A DNA stretch of 33,580 nt. Source: Vermamoeba vermiformis (taxonomy: Eukaryota). Below are positions 22,088 through 33,330 of this stretch, in pieces. Where the stretch lies: assembly GCA_045837725.1 (NCBI GenBank), contig JBEWZL010000029.1, forward strand, positions 1-33,580. Direction: 5' to 3'. Positions within the stretch are counted from its first letter, which is position 1. Every line of letters begins with the position of its first letter. The position numbers and the translations under genes are program-made. The notes under the pieces were generated by a model, which was not told where the DNA came from, searched no databases, and saw nothing but the letters and a program-made list of their open reading frames with translations.

Positions 22088-24653
22088 TTATTCGACTTTA
22101 GCCTTAGTCTCAGGCAACATAATAAAGAAGATGATCAACATGATGACACCAACGCCGCCAAATCCGAAAAATACTCCAGCTTGACCAACAGCCTTAACAA
22201 CAGCTATAATAAAACAAAATGCGATTATTAAGGGCTATATAATAATGGATATTATTGACGTACTAGGGAAGAGCAAGCCAATCAACAAAGTGAAAGTCCA
22301 TTGCAAGACGTTAGCGTAAGAGCTGCCGTAGTCACGTGTTTCACTGAAACATAAAATAAAGTTAATAAAATGTCGTAAGAAATACTTCAGTCATATTTTG
22401 ACGAAGACTTACGCAGGGAAAATTTCGTTGATGATGATCCAGAACAAAATGCCGGGACCAGCAGCAAAGGCCGCAATGAAGACAGCAATGGCGACGAGTG
22501 ACAAGTATCCCCTAGATTAGTGTGCGTATTAATAAGGGTCTGCTGTGATAGTGCAAATGACACGTGTCAACTGAAGCCTTGGATCAGGAGACGACAAGAA
22601 GTTGACACGTGTAAACTGGAGTTTTGTATCAAAAACTAAAGTTTGACACGTGTCAAAGAAGTGACTCTAGTCACTGTAATTTGGAGCATATGACACGTGT
22701 CAAACTGAAATAGAACGGAGGTGTTGTGTTCGTTATTAATAACTTACTTGACTTCCTCGTTTGCTATGACGTTCGTTTGAGCAAATCCAACGACAAGAAG
22801 TGACACCGTCAACACGGAGACAGTGAACAACTGCAAAGATATTATCACGATTAGTACTCGAGAATACTATACAGATAAATTGATTATGCTTACCCAAATA
22901 GGACGACGACCGAGTCTGTCAACCAAGTTGGACAGCACAGCCACGAGTGTGATGAAGAAGTTCCAGCCACCAACGATCTATTTTGAGGAAAGTAAAGTGA
23001 GTTATTGTAATAAGCGAATGACTATTTTTCCAAATTTGGAAGTGCTTACGATGGTGAGGATCAACGGATCTTGTTTAATTCCCGAAGCTTGCAAAATTGA
23101 CGGGGCGTAGAGAATGATGGCGTTGATACCTGTCAAGCATAACATGTCAAAATGAGGTCTCTACGATTGAAACCGCGTGGGTTATTTGCCACGTGTCATG
23201 AAGTTAAAATAACAAGCTGTTGTAAGAATGAGACTTTTGACAACTTGACACGTGTCACATTGAGACTTCCACGGATAATTTTCATGAAACTATACTAGGC
23301 CTGACAGCCCTAACGACTTGGCACGTGTTAATCAACTCTCAATCTTACCTGTCATTTGCAAAGTGATGGACAAACAGGTGGTAATGAACAACGTCGGCAA
23401 TGACTCGCGAGAGCACAAACCAGCAATACCGGTCTTGCCCGAAGCAGTGTGTTGAAGGTTAAGGCCTTCTTCGCCAGAGAATGAAGGGTCAGTCAACAAG
23501 GGTTGTCGGTCTTTCTTTTCTTTCAAGCGGATCCACGATTGCGATTCGCGCATGGACATTGCGACGAGAAATCCGAACAAGCCCGGAATTCCTCCCATTC
23601 CAAACATCAATCTCCAGCTAAGGCCCTACAGTCTCATATTAAATATACTATATGCGGTCATAATAATCATTTACTAAGAGTACTTACGGCGTTGACTTCG
23701 GTTACCATGAAATATCCAAAAACGTAAGAAATCAAAATACCAAATGTAATAGCGAGCTAAAAATAGCATAAGGGTTATTACCAATACAACGTTATTATAC
23801 AGAAGTATTTAATATAGTTACCTGGAAGAAGCTGCCCAAAAATCCTCGCTTTTCGGCGGGAGCGGATTCAGACACATACATCGGGCATACGACGCTAGCC
23901 CAACCGACGGCTATTAAAATATGGTTAATTAAGAGTATGCTGATAATATTTGCAGTAAAGATATTAAATAGGACTGTTTCTTACCTGCTCCGAGAACGAC
24001 TCTCAAAAGGCATAATAAAACGTAATTAGGCGAGAAAGCCAATGCGGTGTTTGTACCAATAGATACGATAGTCCAAATAAGCATTAACTACATATGAAAT
24101 CGTTAATAAGGTCCATTTGCAATACGAAATAAGGAATAAAGTTTTGAAATGTCAATTCAAAAAATGCGAATTGGTTTCATCATTGGTAAATAATTAAAAA
24201 ATACGTGTATTTTAGCTAAAAAGGATTATTTTTGAAGTACATACCCGTTTTCGACCAAGAGCGTCAGCGATCGCACCGCCTGAAAGTGATCCGATCATAG
24301 TGCCCAACAAAAAGGCGCTAGTCAAAATTCCTTGCTATAGTAATATTATTTTAGTATTTTAAGTTGCAAAAGTAGCGAATCTAACGTACCTGGAAGTCGT
24401 CTAAAGTAAAAATTTGAACCATAATGCTTAAAGCATAGGCAATAATTCCTACATAATAAGAGCGTTAATATATTGAATGCGGCTAATCAATTAATAATTT
24501 TCGCCTCTAAATGCTCGTTTCAGCGTGCGAGATCGTGATCAAAATCTTTGGTATTTTTATTTACGCAATCATACCGAGGTTATAACCAAAGAACAAGCCA
24601 CCTGATATGCTAACCAAGGCTAAGAAGCCCGGTGACGGATTTTGAGACGACAT
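22088..24653 (-). CDS. MFS sugar porter family transporter
   Basis: About 14 exons. Motifs GGLFFGYNLG, ADALGRKR, PMYVSESAP..RGFLGSFFQL, WRLMFG, LQMTGINAIILY, VDRLGRRP, WIIINEIFP, PETK. Confidence 0.92.
22558..22702. repeat. Intronic array of four TGACACGTGTCA palindromes
   Basis: Copies start at 22558, 22603 (1 mismatch), 22644 and 22691; period 41-47 bp with non-identical spacers. Confidence 0.85.
23187..23330. repeat. Intronic cluster of three TGACACGTGTCA-type palindromes
   Basis: TGCCACGTGTCA at 23187, TGACACGTGTCA at 23246, TGGCACGTGTTA at 23319, all in one sugar-porter intron. Confidence 0.75.
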
Positions 24654-25121
24654 CCTGTTCTGTTGTGGTTGATCGAACAAAAATTTGAACTAACTGAGCG
24701 TTTAACCACCGATTCCATTATATTTATACATTTTTAGTGAACAGGTCGTGCCTCACGCGAGACATTGCCCTGATTGAATCACAGAAGCTTCCACAAGGTT
24801 CTCCCTGGCTTCTCCCCAGCTTCTCCTGGTCTAAAAATCACATTTGGAAGCTCAACGGCCACAAGAAGTTGTGAAAACTTAGTTACGTGGTCATGATAGC
24901 TCACTATTGTCGTTTATTATTATTATCGCTGCATTTTTTGCGTTCATTTCTTTGAGCATCCACCGCCGATTGCTTATTCTCTATGACAACCACAATCACC
25001 ATATTATTAACACCACCATTTTAATTAATGGTATCCAGCTGAGCGACAATTGACCAAGAACGGGCGATCGCGATCTGCCTGTCGACTACCATATTTTTAT
25101 TTTTATGTGCGTGAATGAACT

Positions 25122-26788
25122 TTATTTTCTGTAAAGAGGTATATTCTCCCAATAATACTGCGGTACTTTGCGACTGACATTAATGCGTTTTTGCATGCTC
25201 GTGTACAGTGCACACATCGCTGCGAATTCTTCATCGGCTAGATTTTCCTTCACTTCTGAGAGCTTGAATACATAGCGCGATAAGAAGAACGAAATATCGT
25301 ACATAACATCTGCATTTAGAGCGTTCAACTGCAGATCTTCCGTCCAGTTGTGTGGATCAAGCGCTGAAAGGACGAGATCTCCGCAACATTCGATCGTATT
25401 CGTCTTTTCGTTTAACTTAAAACGAAAGTCAATAAAAATAGTTGTGATCGATGCAAGATTCGTTCAACAATTCCAAATAAGGAAAAATGGATAAGGATCG
25501 TGCGCGAGATGTGACTTGTTTTCGAATACTTACGGATATATAATGAATTTTTGTGTAGTACCCGAAGTCTATGAAGAATATTACGGACTTGTTCTCATCG
25601 ATATATTTTTTTCTAACCGCGAACGATGGTTCATAGGTATGAGTGAACTTGACGTTCAACAGGTCGTAGTAACCTTCAAAATCATCGTCGCGTTCAGGAT
25701 ACTTTTGGACTCTAAGATTTTGGACTCTAAGATCATCCAAAATTTCGCACGCTAATAACATAATCTAGTTAGTTTCAGATCTCGGGATCTCGGTACGAAT
25801 TGTTTTTGTAACGAACTAAATTGATATTTTTGGGATCTAAGATTCAAAATTATTTCTTAATTAAACCAAATATTAACGGTAAGAAAGAGCTTACATTCTT
25901 CTTTGGACTTGATCTCGGCTTCCCGAATGAGAACCATCTCCGAGAATTCATCAAAGTCGAGGAATGATAAAGCGTCCGAATTGACTCGTATTCTTTCGAG
26001 GACAATGTACGCTTCACTAGTAAACGTCCTTTGGGCAAAAAAATGTTCGAGACCCGTGTTGAGTAAGACTTGATCTTCAAAGGTTAGATCTACGGCTTGG
26101 CTAATCGGCCTATAAGTCTAAATTTAGTATCGCAATAATAAATATATGGGAATTAATCGAAATTGACAAATTAAACCGTTAATAAAGGGCCCTTTAGTCG
26201 TACTTGGTGAGTTGGCTGTTTAGGTTCAAATTGGCAGTTTGCGCATCGTATTTCTTCTGTATGTAGTCTCTTCGAATCCCAATCAACAATTTTTTAAGTG
26301 CTTGTGGCTCGATAGTATGGGTCTTGCTGAGTTTTTCAGTGAATCCTAATCGCGTCCAAAATGAGGTGGAATGGACAATGGCGTTGTGTCTGAAAATTGC
26401 AAATTTTAATTTTTAAATTAGTTATTAATGTTAGAATAAATATTTGGTTGTTTAATACGGGAAGGAACGAAGGAAACATTGAGTGTCAATTAAAATGTCA
26501 TTAAAAAATACTTCGAAAAATGTTTAAAATTAATGAGTACCTTCTGGATACTTTTGCAATGCTAAGAACCGTCTCTGGTCGTCGTATTAAATATTTTAAA
26601 ATATTCTCGACCAGTTCTGTGATGTCAAATACTTGCGAGCCCACTTCTTGCTTCAGATCCGGTTGTTTTCCTTTATTTTTCTTCTTTTCCTTCTTGTCCT
26701 TCTTGTGCTTTTTATCTTTCGATATTTTCGCTTTTTTATTTGATTCTTTCAAATAATCGTCATCTTCTCTTTCTCTCTTTCGTGACAT
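25122..26788 (-). CDS. F-box-like protein with Lys-rich N-terminus, tandem paralog A
   Basis: 5 exons. MSRKRERE...KKDKKEKKK (NLS-like), then VFDITELVENILKYL...LSIAKVSRRHNAIVHSTSFW (F-box-like); ends KVPQYYWENIPLYRK*. Confidence 0.72.
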
Positions 26789-26934
26789 GTTTGGACTGCC
26801 CTCGGCAAAAACTTTCGAAATTAGAGCAAAAAATAATACGGCATTACTCAACCGAGCTATTTTCGGCTCTAGTAAAGTTGACACTGTCAACCAAAGCAGA
26901 TCAAAAATGACGCGGATTAAGCACGATGAATTCT

Positions 26935-28524
26935 TTATTTTTTATAAAGAGGAATATCCTTCCAATAATATTGCTTTACTTTTCGGTCCACTCTTATTTC
27001 ACGGCCCCCCGACAAACAAGGCAATTCTTTCTTTGCTAGCTTTTCATCAATGTTTTTCAGCTTGAAGATAGACGTCGATAAGAATACTGAAATGGTGCGC
27101 AGGACGTCTTGGGTCAACATAGTGACGGACCGATTTTCCTTCCGGTTGTGCGGATCTAGCGCTGATAGGATAAGATCTCCGCAACATTCGATCATATTGC
27201 TCTTTTCGTTAACCTATAATAACATCGGTATTAAGAAAACAACACTGAATCAATCTTCGCGAAGATCGTTTAAAATTTGATCCAAATTAGGAAATGGAGA
27301 AAATCTGAATACTTACGGAGATATAACGGACCGCCGGCATATACCCATGATAAATAATAAATACCACGAACTTATTCTCATCGATAAACTTTTTTCTTAT
27401 CTCAAAAAAAGTGTCATCCTCGGAACCACATACCTCCATTAATATATGATAGCCTTCGAAATCATCGTCCGATTTCGGATAATTCCGTCGTTTGAAACTA
27501 TTTGCAAGATATTCACTCGCTGAGCAAAAGAAAGTTAGTCAAATTGTCGGATCTCAAAAATCTCTAAAGAGAATTACGTAATATATTGTGATGGTCCATT
27601 GAAGAAACAAGTATTATTTTCCTTATCTAGCTTATGAAATCTACGACCTTACTTTCTTCTTTGCGCTTGATCTCAGATTCGGGCATGAAAAGCATCTCCA
27701 AGAACTCATCCATACGATAATAAGAATCCATCTTTGAATTGGATCTTAATCTATCGATGGCAATATAAGCTTCGCTAGTATAAGTTCTTTGAGCCAGGAA
27801 ATGTTCGAGATGAGACCTGACGAGAAGTTCGTCGTCGAAGGACAGATCCAGTGAGTTTCCGATCGGCCTAATGTTAATTAATATACAAGCTGCATGTAAA
27901 TATCGCCAAATTTTCATTCATGAATGGAAAATTACGTACTTGGCACGTTTGCGGTTAGCGTTCAAGATCGCTGTTTGCTTGGCGTATTTCTTCTCGACGT
28001 AATCGTGGCGAATACCAAGCAAAAGTTTTACTAATACTGCTGGCTCGATAGTATCGGTATCACTGAGCTTTTCAGTGAATCCTAATCGCGTCCAAAACGA
28101 TTTGGAATGTACGATGGCGTTGTGTCTGAAAAATGCCAAGGAATTATAAATTAGTTATTTATATTTTATTAATATATATCTCTTGATTATTTAATAAGGG
28201 TACGAACGAGACGTTGAATGTCAATAAAAATGTCAATTAAAAAATACTCAGAAAAATGCTTAAAATTAATGAGTACCTTCTGGATACTTTTGCAATGCTA
28301 AGAACTGTTTCTGGTCGTCGTATTAAATATTTTAAAATATTCTCGACCAGTTCTGTGATGTCAAATACTTGCGAGCCCACTTCTTGCTTCAGATCCGCTT
28401 GTTTTCCTTTATTTTTCTTCTTTTCCTTCTTGTCCTTCTTGTGCTTTTTATCTTTTGATATCTTCGCTTTTTTATTCGAGTCTTTCAAGTACTCGTCGTC
28501 TTCTCTTTCTCTCTTTCGTGACAT
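26935..28524 (-). CDS. F-box-like protein with Lys-rich N-terminus, tandem paralog B
   Basis: Same exon structure as paralog A with a near-identical exon 1; ends KVKQYYWKDIPLYKK*. Confidence 0.72.
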
Positions 28525-28848
28525 GTTTTGGACTGCTGTGGAACTGGACTGATTTTCTTTTTTTCAACGAAGGAATCATTTTCCTCAACGAATTACACCG
28601 CCTAGTAGTGAAACAATAAGGGGATGTCCTGCGTTTATTACTAATATTTCTGGTAGGGAGGTCCCGGATGGGCGGTATGGATCCAACGCTCAACTGTTGC
28701 GTATTTAAATAATGTATTAGCCGGTTTTTTCCGTGTGGATGTCTACCGTAATAAGAACAGTAATTAAACTATCGCACGCTTTTCGGTTTATAGCTTACAT
28801 TGATTTGCAATTTTCACGTTCCAAACAAAGTTTCATATCCAGACGCTT

Positions 28849-30288
28849 TTAATATATATGACCGCTGTTTCCACTCGAGGACAAATCGCCGTTATCGACA
28901 TCGAGTTCATAGTACTCGCCTTGATTGCTCGTCCAGTTGATGAGATCGAATGTTTGGTTGTTGTGAAGTCGCCACACTGAGATCTTGCCGAATGTCAACG
29001 GCGTGTCTGGCTGACACACTGCTGGTGGTCTCTTCGACAAGAAGAAGTACGCGACATGCTCTGTAATGCCGTTAGTAATCTCCGAAGCTCATAGAGTAAC
29101 TTGAAGGCTACTTACTGTCGTGCCACTTGGGTTGCACATTATCAATCCTTGTAGCGACTTTGCCGATGCCTTGTTGAATCATAACGGCTGTTTGTTCGTC
29201 GCAGGCAATGCCTTTAACAACTTGGACTGCAAAGGCTATTAGTTTGATAACACAGGACGATAAACGTACCGTCAGGATAGTCAGTCCAGATCCGTGCTAA
29301 GAAAGCCATTGAACGACCCATACGATCGCGTTGAGCGAAGTGCGTGTCAGTAATGATGTTCTTTAGTATAGGGATGTCCAAGAAGCCTCTGCCAAAGCTC
29401 ATTGTAGCGTCATACGGGTTCTTCAGAACTACCGATGACTCCGCAGACGTTCCGTTTGCTGCAGTGTAGATAAACTATAGACTTAATTAGTATAGCAAAT
29501 GTGGCTTAATAATATTGTCCTTGCCTCTCCGAGAACAGCCATGCCTGCTGATGTGCCACCAATAGTCGTGCCATTGTTAATGCGCATTTGCAAGGACTGC
29601 TGAACACGTGTGTCTTTCCAAATGGTCCAATAATCGTATTGATCTCCTCCGGCAATGAATAAGCTGGCTGCTGAGAGGATGATATCGTTGACAAAATCAT
29701 TGTTTGATCCTTCAATACTGGTGATTATCAATGTTGAGACAGTTCGTGCTCCAAAGGCATGGACATACTGAACAAAATTAGTTTGAATATCAATTAAGCT
29801 CGGTACCTACTTCATTGTACGCATCTGTACCGAATGCTCTAATAATTACAAAGTGTCCGTAGTGTCCTTGTTCTACCATCCACTGCACAAATTTAATTTG
29901 TCAAAAAAAAGCGTCAAATGGCAAACTGTAAGACTAACCTTGAATGCGGGATCATCGTCCGTGCCTCCTCCAGCAAGCACGAATCCACCGATATTTGATT
30001 GTTTGACGCGAGGAGATAGCAGATCGGAATTATCGCAATTGCCAAGACAATACCACTGCATCGAAATTTTTAATTTTTATCCGATTTGAATGTACTAATT
30101 ATCTTCTATAATACTATTATCATCCAGAAATTTTCCAATTAATTGTAAAATCAATAGATCAAAAAATGATTTTGACTTGCTTCCCAACCATCGCCTTGTT
30201 TATGCGCAGATTGTGGTCTGGCCATCGTCGCATGCAGCACGCATAGCGTAAGAACGATGAGAGATGTCGCGGTCCTGTGCATTGACAT
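28849..30288 (-). CDS. Secreted cyanophycinase-like serine peptidase (family S51)
   Basis: About 7 exons. Signal-peptide-like TSLIVLTLCVLHATMA; motifs GGFVLAGGG, LFIAGGDQ, IGGTSAGMAV (catalytic Ser), ITDTHFAQRDRMGR, GIACDEQTA. Confidence 0.88.
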
Positions 30289-30418
30289 AATTGGACTAAC
30301 CCTGGTTTTGTTTCCTTGTCAAGTTGAGTTTGACATTTACCTACGTAATTCCAACTTGGTATCAGATTTTTATTTACATCATCTTATTAAACATTAAACA
30401 CTGCAATATCAGAGTATA

Positions 30419-33169
30419 ATGGAAAACAATGAAGTGCGGATATTGCGTCGGCAAAAAGTACGGTATTGGCGGTATCGTGAGTGGGTCGGTTCAGAACTGA
30501 CTTTGCACAGCAATGGAAAATACGAAATAGAAGGAGAATTACCGGTAATTAAATTAATAAACAATAAAGAGCCGTTGGCAATTCCAACCAGAAATAATTG
30601 ATGAATTTAAAAATATCAGCTTGATTTAATCATAATTAAATAGAACGACATTACTTACGAACACACCACCACAAGACCGAAATATGGCAATTTTAATTAC
30701 GTGTTTGTAATTAACACGAGAGAAGAAAATGAATTTTGGTCTGGCCCTCGCTTTGCCGTTAAAGATAACGAAGTATGTAGATTATTATTATTAAATATGC
30801 TTTATTAGAAATATGATGCTTAGCTTACTTGACGCTAATTCAACTTCAGAGCTGTGAACGTTGGATGCAACTTCTAAATCTGGTCAATCAACGAAAGAAA
30901 GCGGAAAAAGTTCATAACCATCCACTTAGTTTTATTAAACATAAAGAAAGCAAGTTGACGTGCTCAATTTGCAAGTTGGCAAAGGATGGCGTTAAAGGAA
31001 CAGGTACGGGTCTTTAATTTTTTTCTAATCTTGCTTATCCTTGCTGATTACAGAACAATGGACTTGTGAATTTTGCAACTATTTTGAGTGCAATTCGTGC
31101 CACGATAAGATCAATAACGGCGAGTACTTCGTCAAGAGTTCGAGCCATCCACATCCGCTAATGAGAATGCATCAAAGCGACGATCGATGGTTAAGTGTGG
31201 GCAATAGAGGACCTTATAAAGTACGTCTAATAACATTCATATCAATACATTAAATGGAAACAAGTCTGCGTTGACCAACTTTTGGCAAAGTACATCCGCT
31301 TACAAATTTCATTTTCAGTGCAAAGTATGCAACACCACTACTGATAGCGAAGCTTCTCGTTATCATTGCGTTGAATGTGGAGACTACGATGAGTGTCCCA
31401 AGTGCATTGCGAAACAAAGTGCCGGTGGGCCAGCGCAAACATTGGACGATCTCAAAGTTAATCTCGGACATTTAACCCACGTGCTCAAGCCTTCAGAAAG
31501 TCCGGACCTTGGAAAACTCAAAGTAGATCTTGGAAATCTGACTAATATTATCCCGACACTTACCACAGAAGTTTATTCTTTGGACATGAAGGAATGCGGA
31601 ATTGGCCGAAAATATCCGAAGATTTCCCACATGAGCGTCACGACGTCAAAATATTGGGACTTGATGGCAATTGAAAAAGTGTTCCCGACGACTGCTTACT
31701 TCGAAGTGACGTTTTACAAGAAGGAAGGACTGCTCGGGGTCGGTATTGGCAATCAGATCCACCGTCACACTCAAATGCTGGGCTATCAGCAAAACAGTTT
31801 CGGAGTTCTATCCGACGGCACCGTAAGTACCACGCAATCTTGGGTTCGGAAATTTCATTACCAAAGTGACACGTGTCATTCAAAGTGTCACCTACAAAAA
31901 GTTCAATTAATGCTCAGATTTCTTACTGACGTTCCTCAGATATCGTACAATCACAAGAGAAATGCCATTAGTGTTCCAGGAATTAAATTCAGCAAGAACG
32001 ATGTCATCGGCTTGGGCGTCATGTACGACACGTTCAATCAACGACGTTTGTTTTTTACCAAAAATGGTCAATACGTCGGTAAGTACTGATCGCTGAACGC
32101 CAACGCAAATGTACTAATTAGGAAACATAGGGTCGTTCGATCAAATGCTGCATCGTGGCATGGATTGTTATCCAGGTGTTTCCTTTGCAGGCGATTCAAA
32201 GGCAATATTTTCAGTGAATTTCAAAGGACCGTTCAAGTTCGATTTGAAATCTCTGCCTAATAGCTTGACCGAGGAAAAGAAAGATTGGATCTCATCTTTG
32301 CCGAACGAACTTCGAGAAAAAATTGGATCTTACGCCTCTTACGATATTCACGCTTTAACTTGGCGATTAGTACGGCACATTTTTTTACCATATTTGGTAA
32401 TAACTAACGTTATTCTTAGGTGAGCAAGTCGTTCAATTCTGCGATGACTTCGAATACTGTTTGGCGCGCGTTGTTCATGAAAGAATGGCCCAGACAAAAT
32501 CCAAACTTGAAGATCAAATCTTGGATGAATTTTTACAAGAAAAGAATTCAAGCTTTTAAAGGAAAGACGGCTACAAGAACCACTCTTGATTATGGCAAGG
32601 TCGAGAGTAAAAAACACGCCATTGGTACGTCAAATTGCCAGTTTTCCTTCAAATTTACTAATTCTATCTAGATAATTGTGATTTTGAATTTGAATGTCCG
32701 ATGCTTTGGGAGAATTTGACGAGCACCAGTGACGGTGGAGATTTTTCACGAGAACGATTTTGCAACAAGTGTCAGAAGTCAGTTTACAAAGGTACGTTGA
32801 CATTTGCTATGACATCTGTGACACGTGTCAAACGCAAGCCCATCGACTTTGCTCGTACAAATTTCTGTCGGATCCTGGTTGACACGTGTCAAAATTTTTT
32901 GGTTGACACGTGTCAACTTAACCCCCTACAAAAAGTGTTTTTTTTTACTTTTGACACGTGTTTCCTAACAATCGCTAATTTTTGATGACTTAGTGACGGA
33001 CAAAGCAACAGCTGCTAAATACACGGAGATGGGCCGGTGCGTCAGTTTCATCGAATTGACGAAGACTGCAGCTCCGACAGCAAGACCTATGATGATGGGC
33101 AAAGTTGCACGTGTTGAACGAGCTGCGTACAATGACCGAGATCCGTTTGAGTCATCTTCCACTAACTGA
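30419..33169 (+). CDS. PH-like / Cys-His zinc finger x2 / SPRY / F-box / Cys-rich multidomain protein
   Basis: About 10 exons. Zinc fingers HNHPL..CSIC..CEFCNYFECNSC and HPHPL..CKVC..YHCVECGDYDECPKC; SPRY motifs AYFEVT, GVGIG, SFGVLSDG, FSKNDVIGLG, LFFTKNGQYVG; F-box ISSLPNELREKI..VSKSF..VWRALF; C-terminal FECPMLWENL..RFCNKCQKSVY..GRCVSF. Stop at 33167-33169. Confidence 0.82.
32819..32961. repeat. Intronic array of four TGACACGTGTCA palindromes
   Basis: Copies start at 32819, 32880, 32904 and 32952 (partial) in the last intron of the SPRY/F-box gene. A further single copy lies at 31867. Confidence 0.85.
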
Positions 33170-33330
33170 TGTGGGCGAGCTGATGTGGCATTAAACACGC
33201 GTTCTACTTCAATAGAGAATAAACGTACTGGTAATTTGAAAGAAAAATTTACATTTCCCGGGATCTCGTTTTTGTAATCCAACAAGTTTATCCTAATAAT
33301 ACATTGACAATTACGCTTATCACGTGCGCG

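Noticed and set aside
22558-22702. CRISPR array interpretation of the palindromic repeats with unique spacers
   Set aside because: Repeats are only 12-16 bp, spacing is irregular between clusters, they lie in spliceosomal introns of a eukaryote, and no cas genes or leader are visible.
24790-24830. Short (G)CTTCTCC(C)TGG-like repeats upstream of the sugar porter
   Set aside because: Three degenerate ~11-bp units, too weak to assign a function.
32965-33285. 106-aa minus-strand ORF
   Set aside because: Antisense to the last exon of the SPRY/F-box gene; non-ATG start and no recognisable motif.
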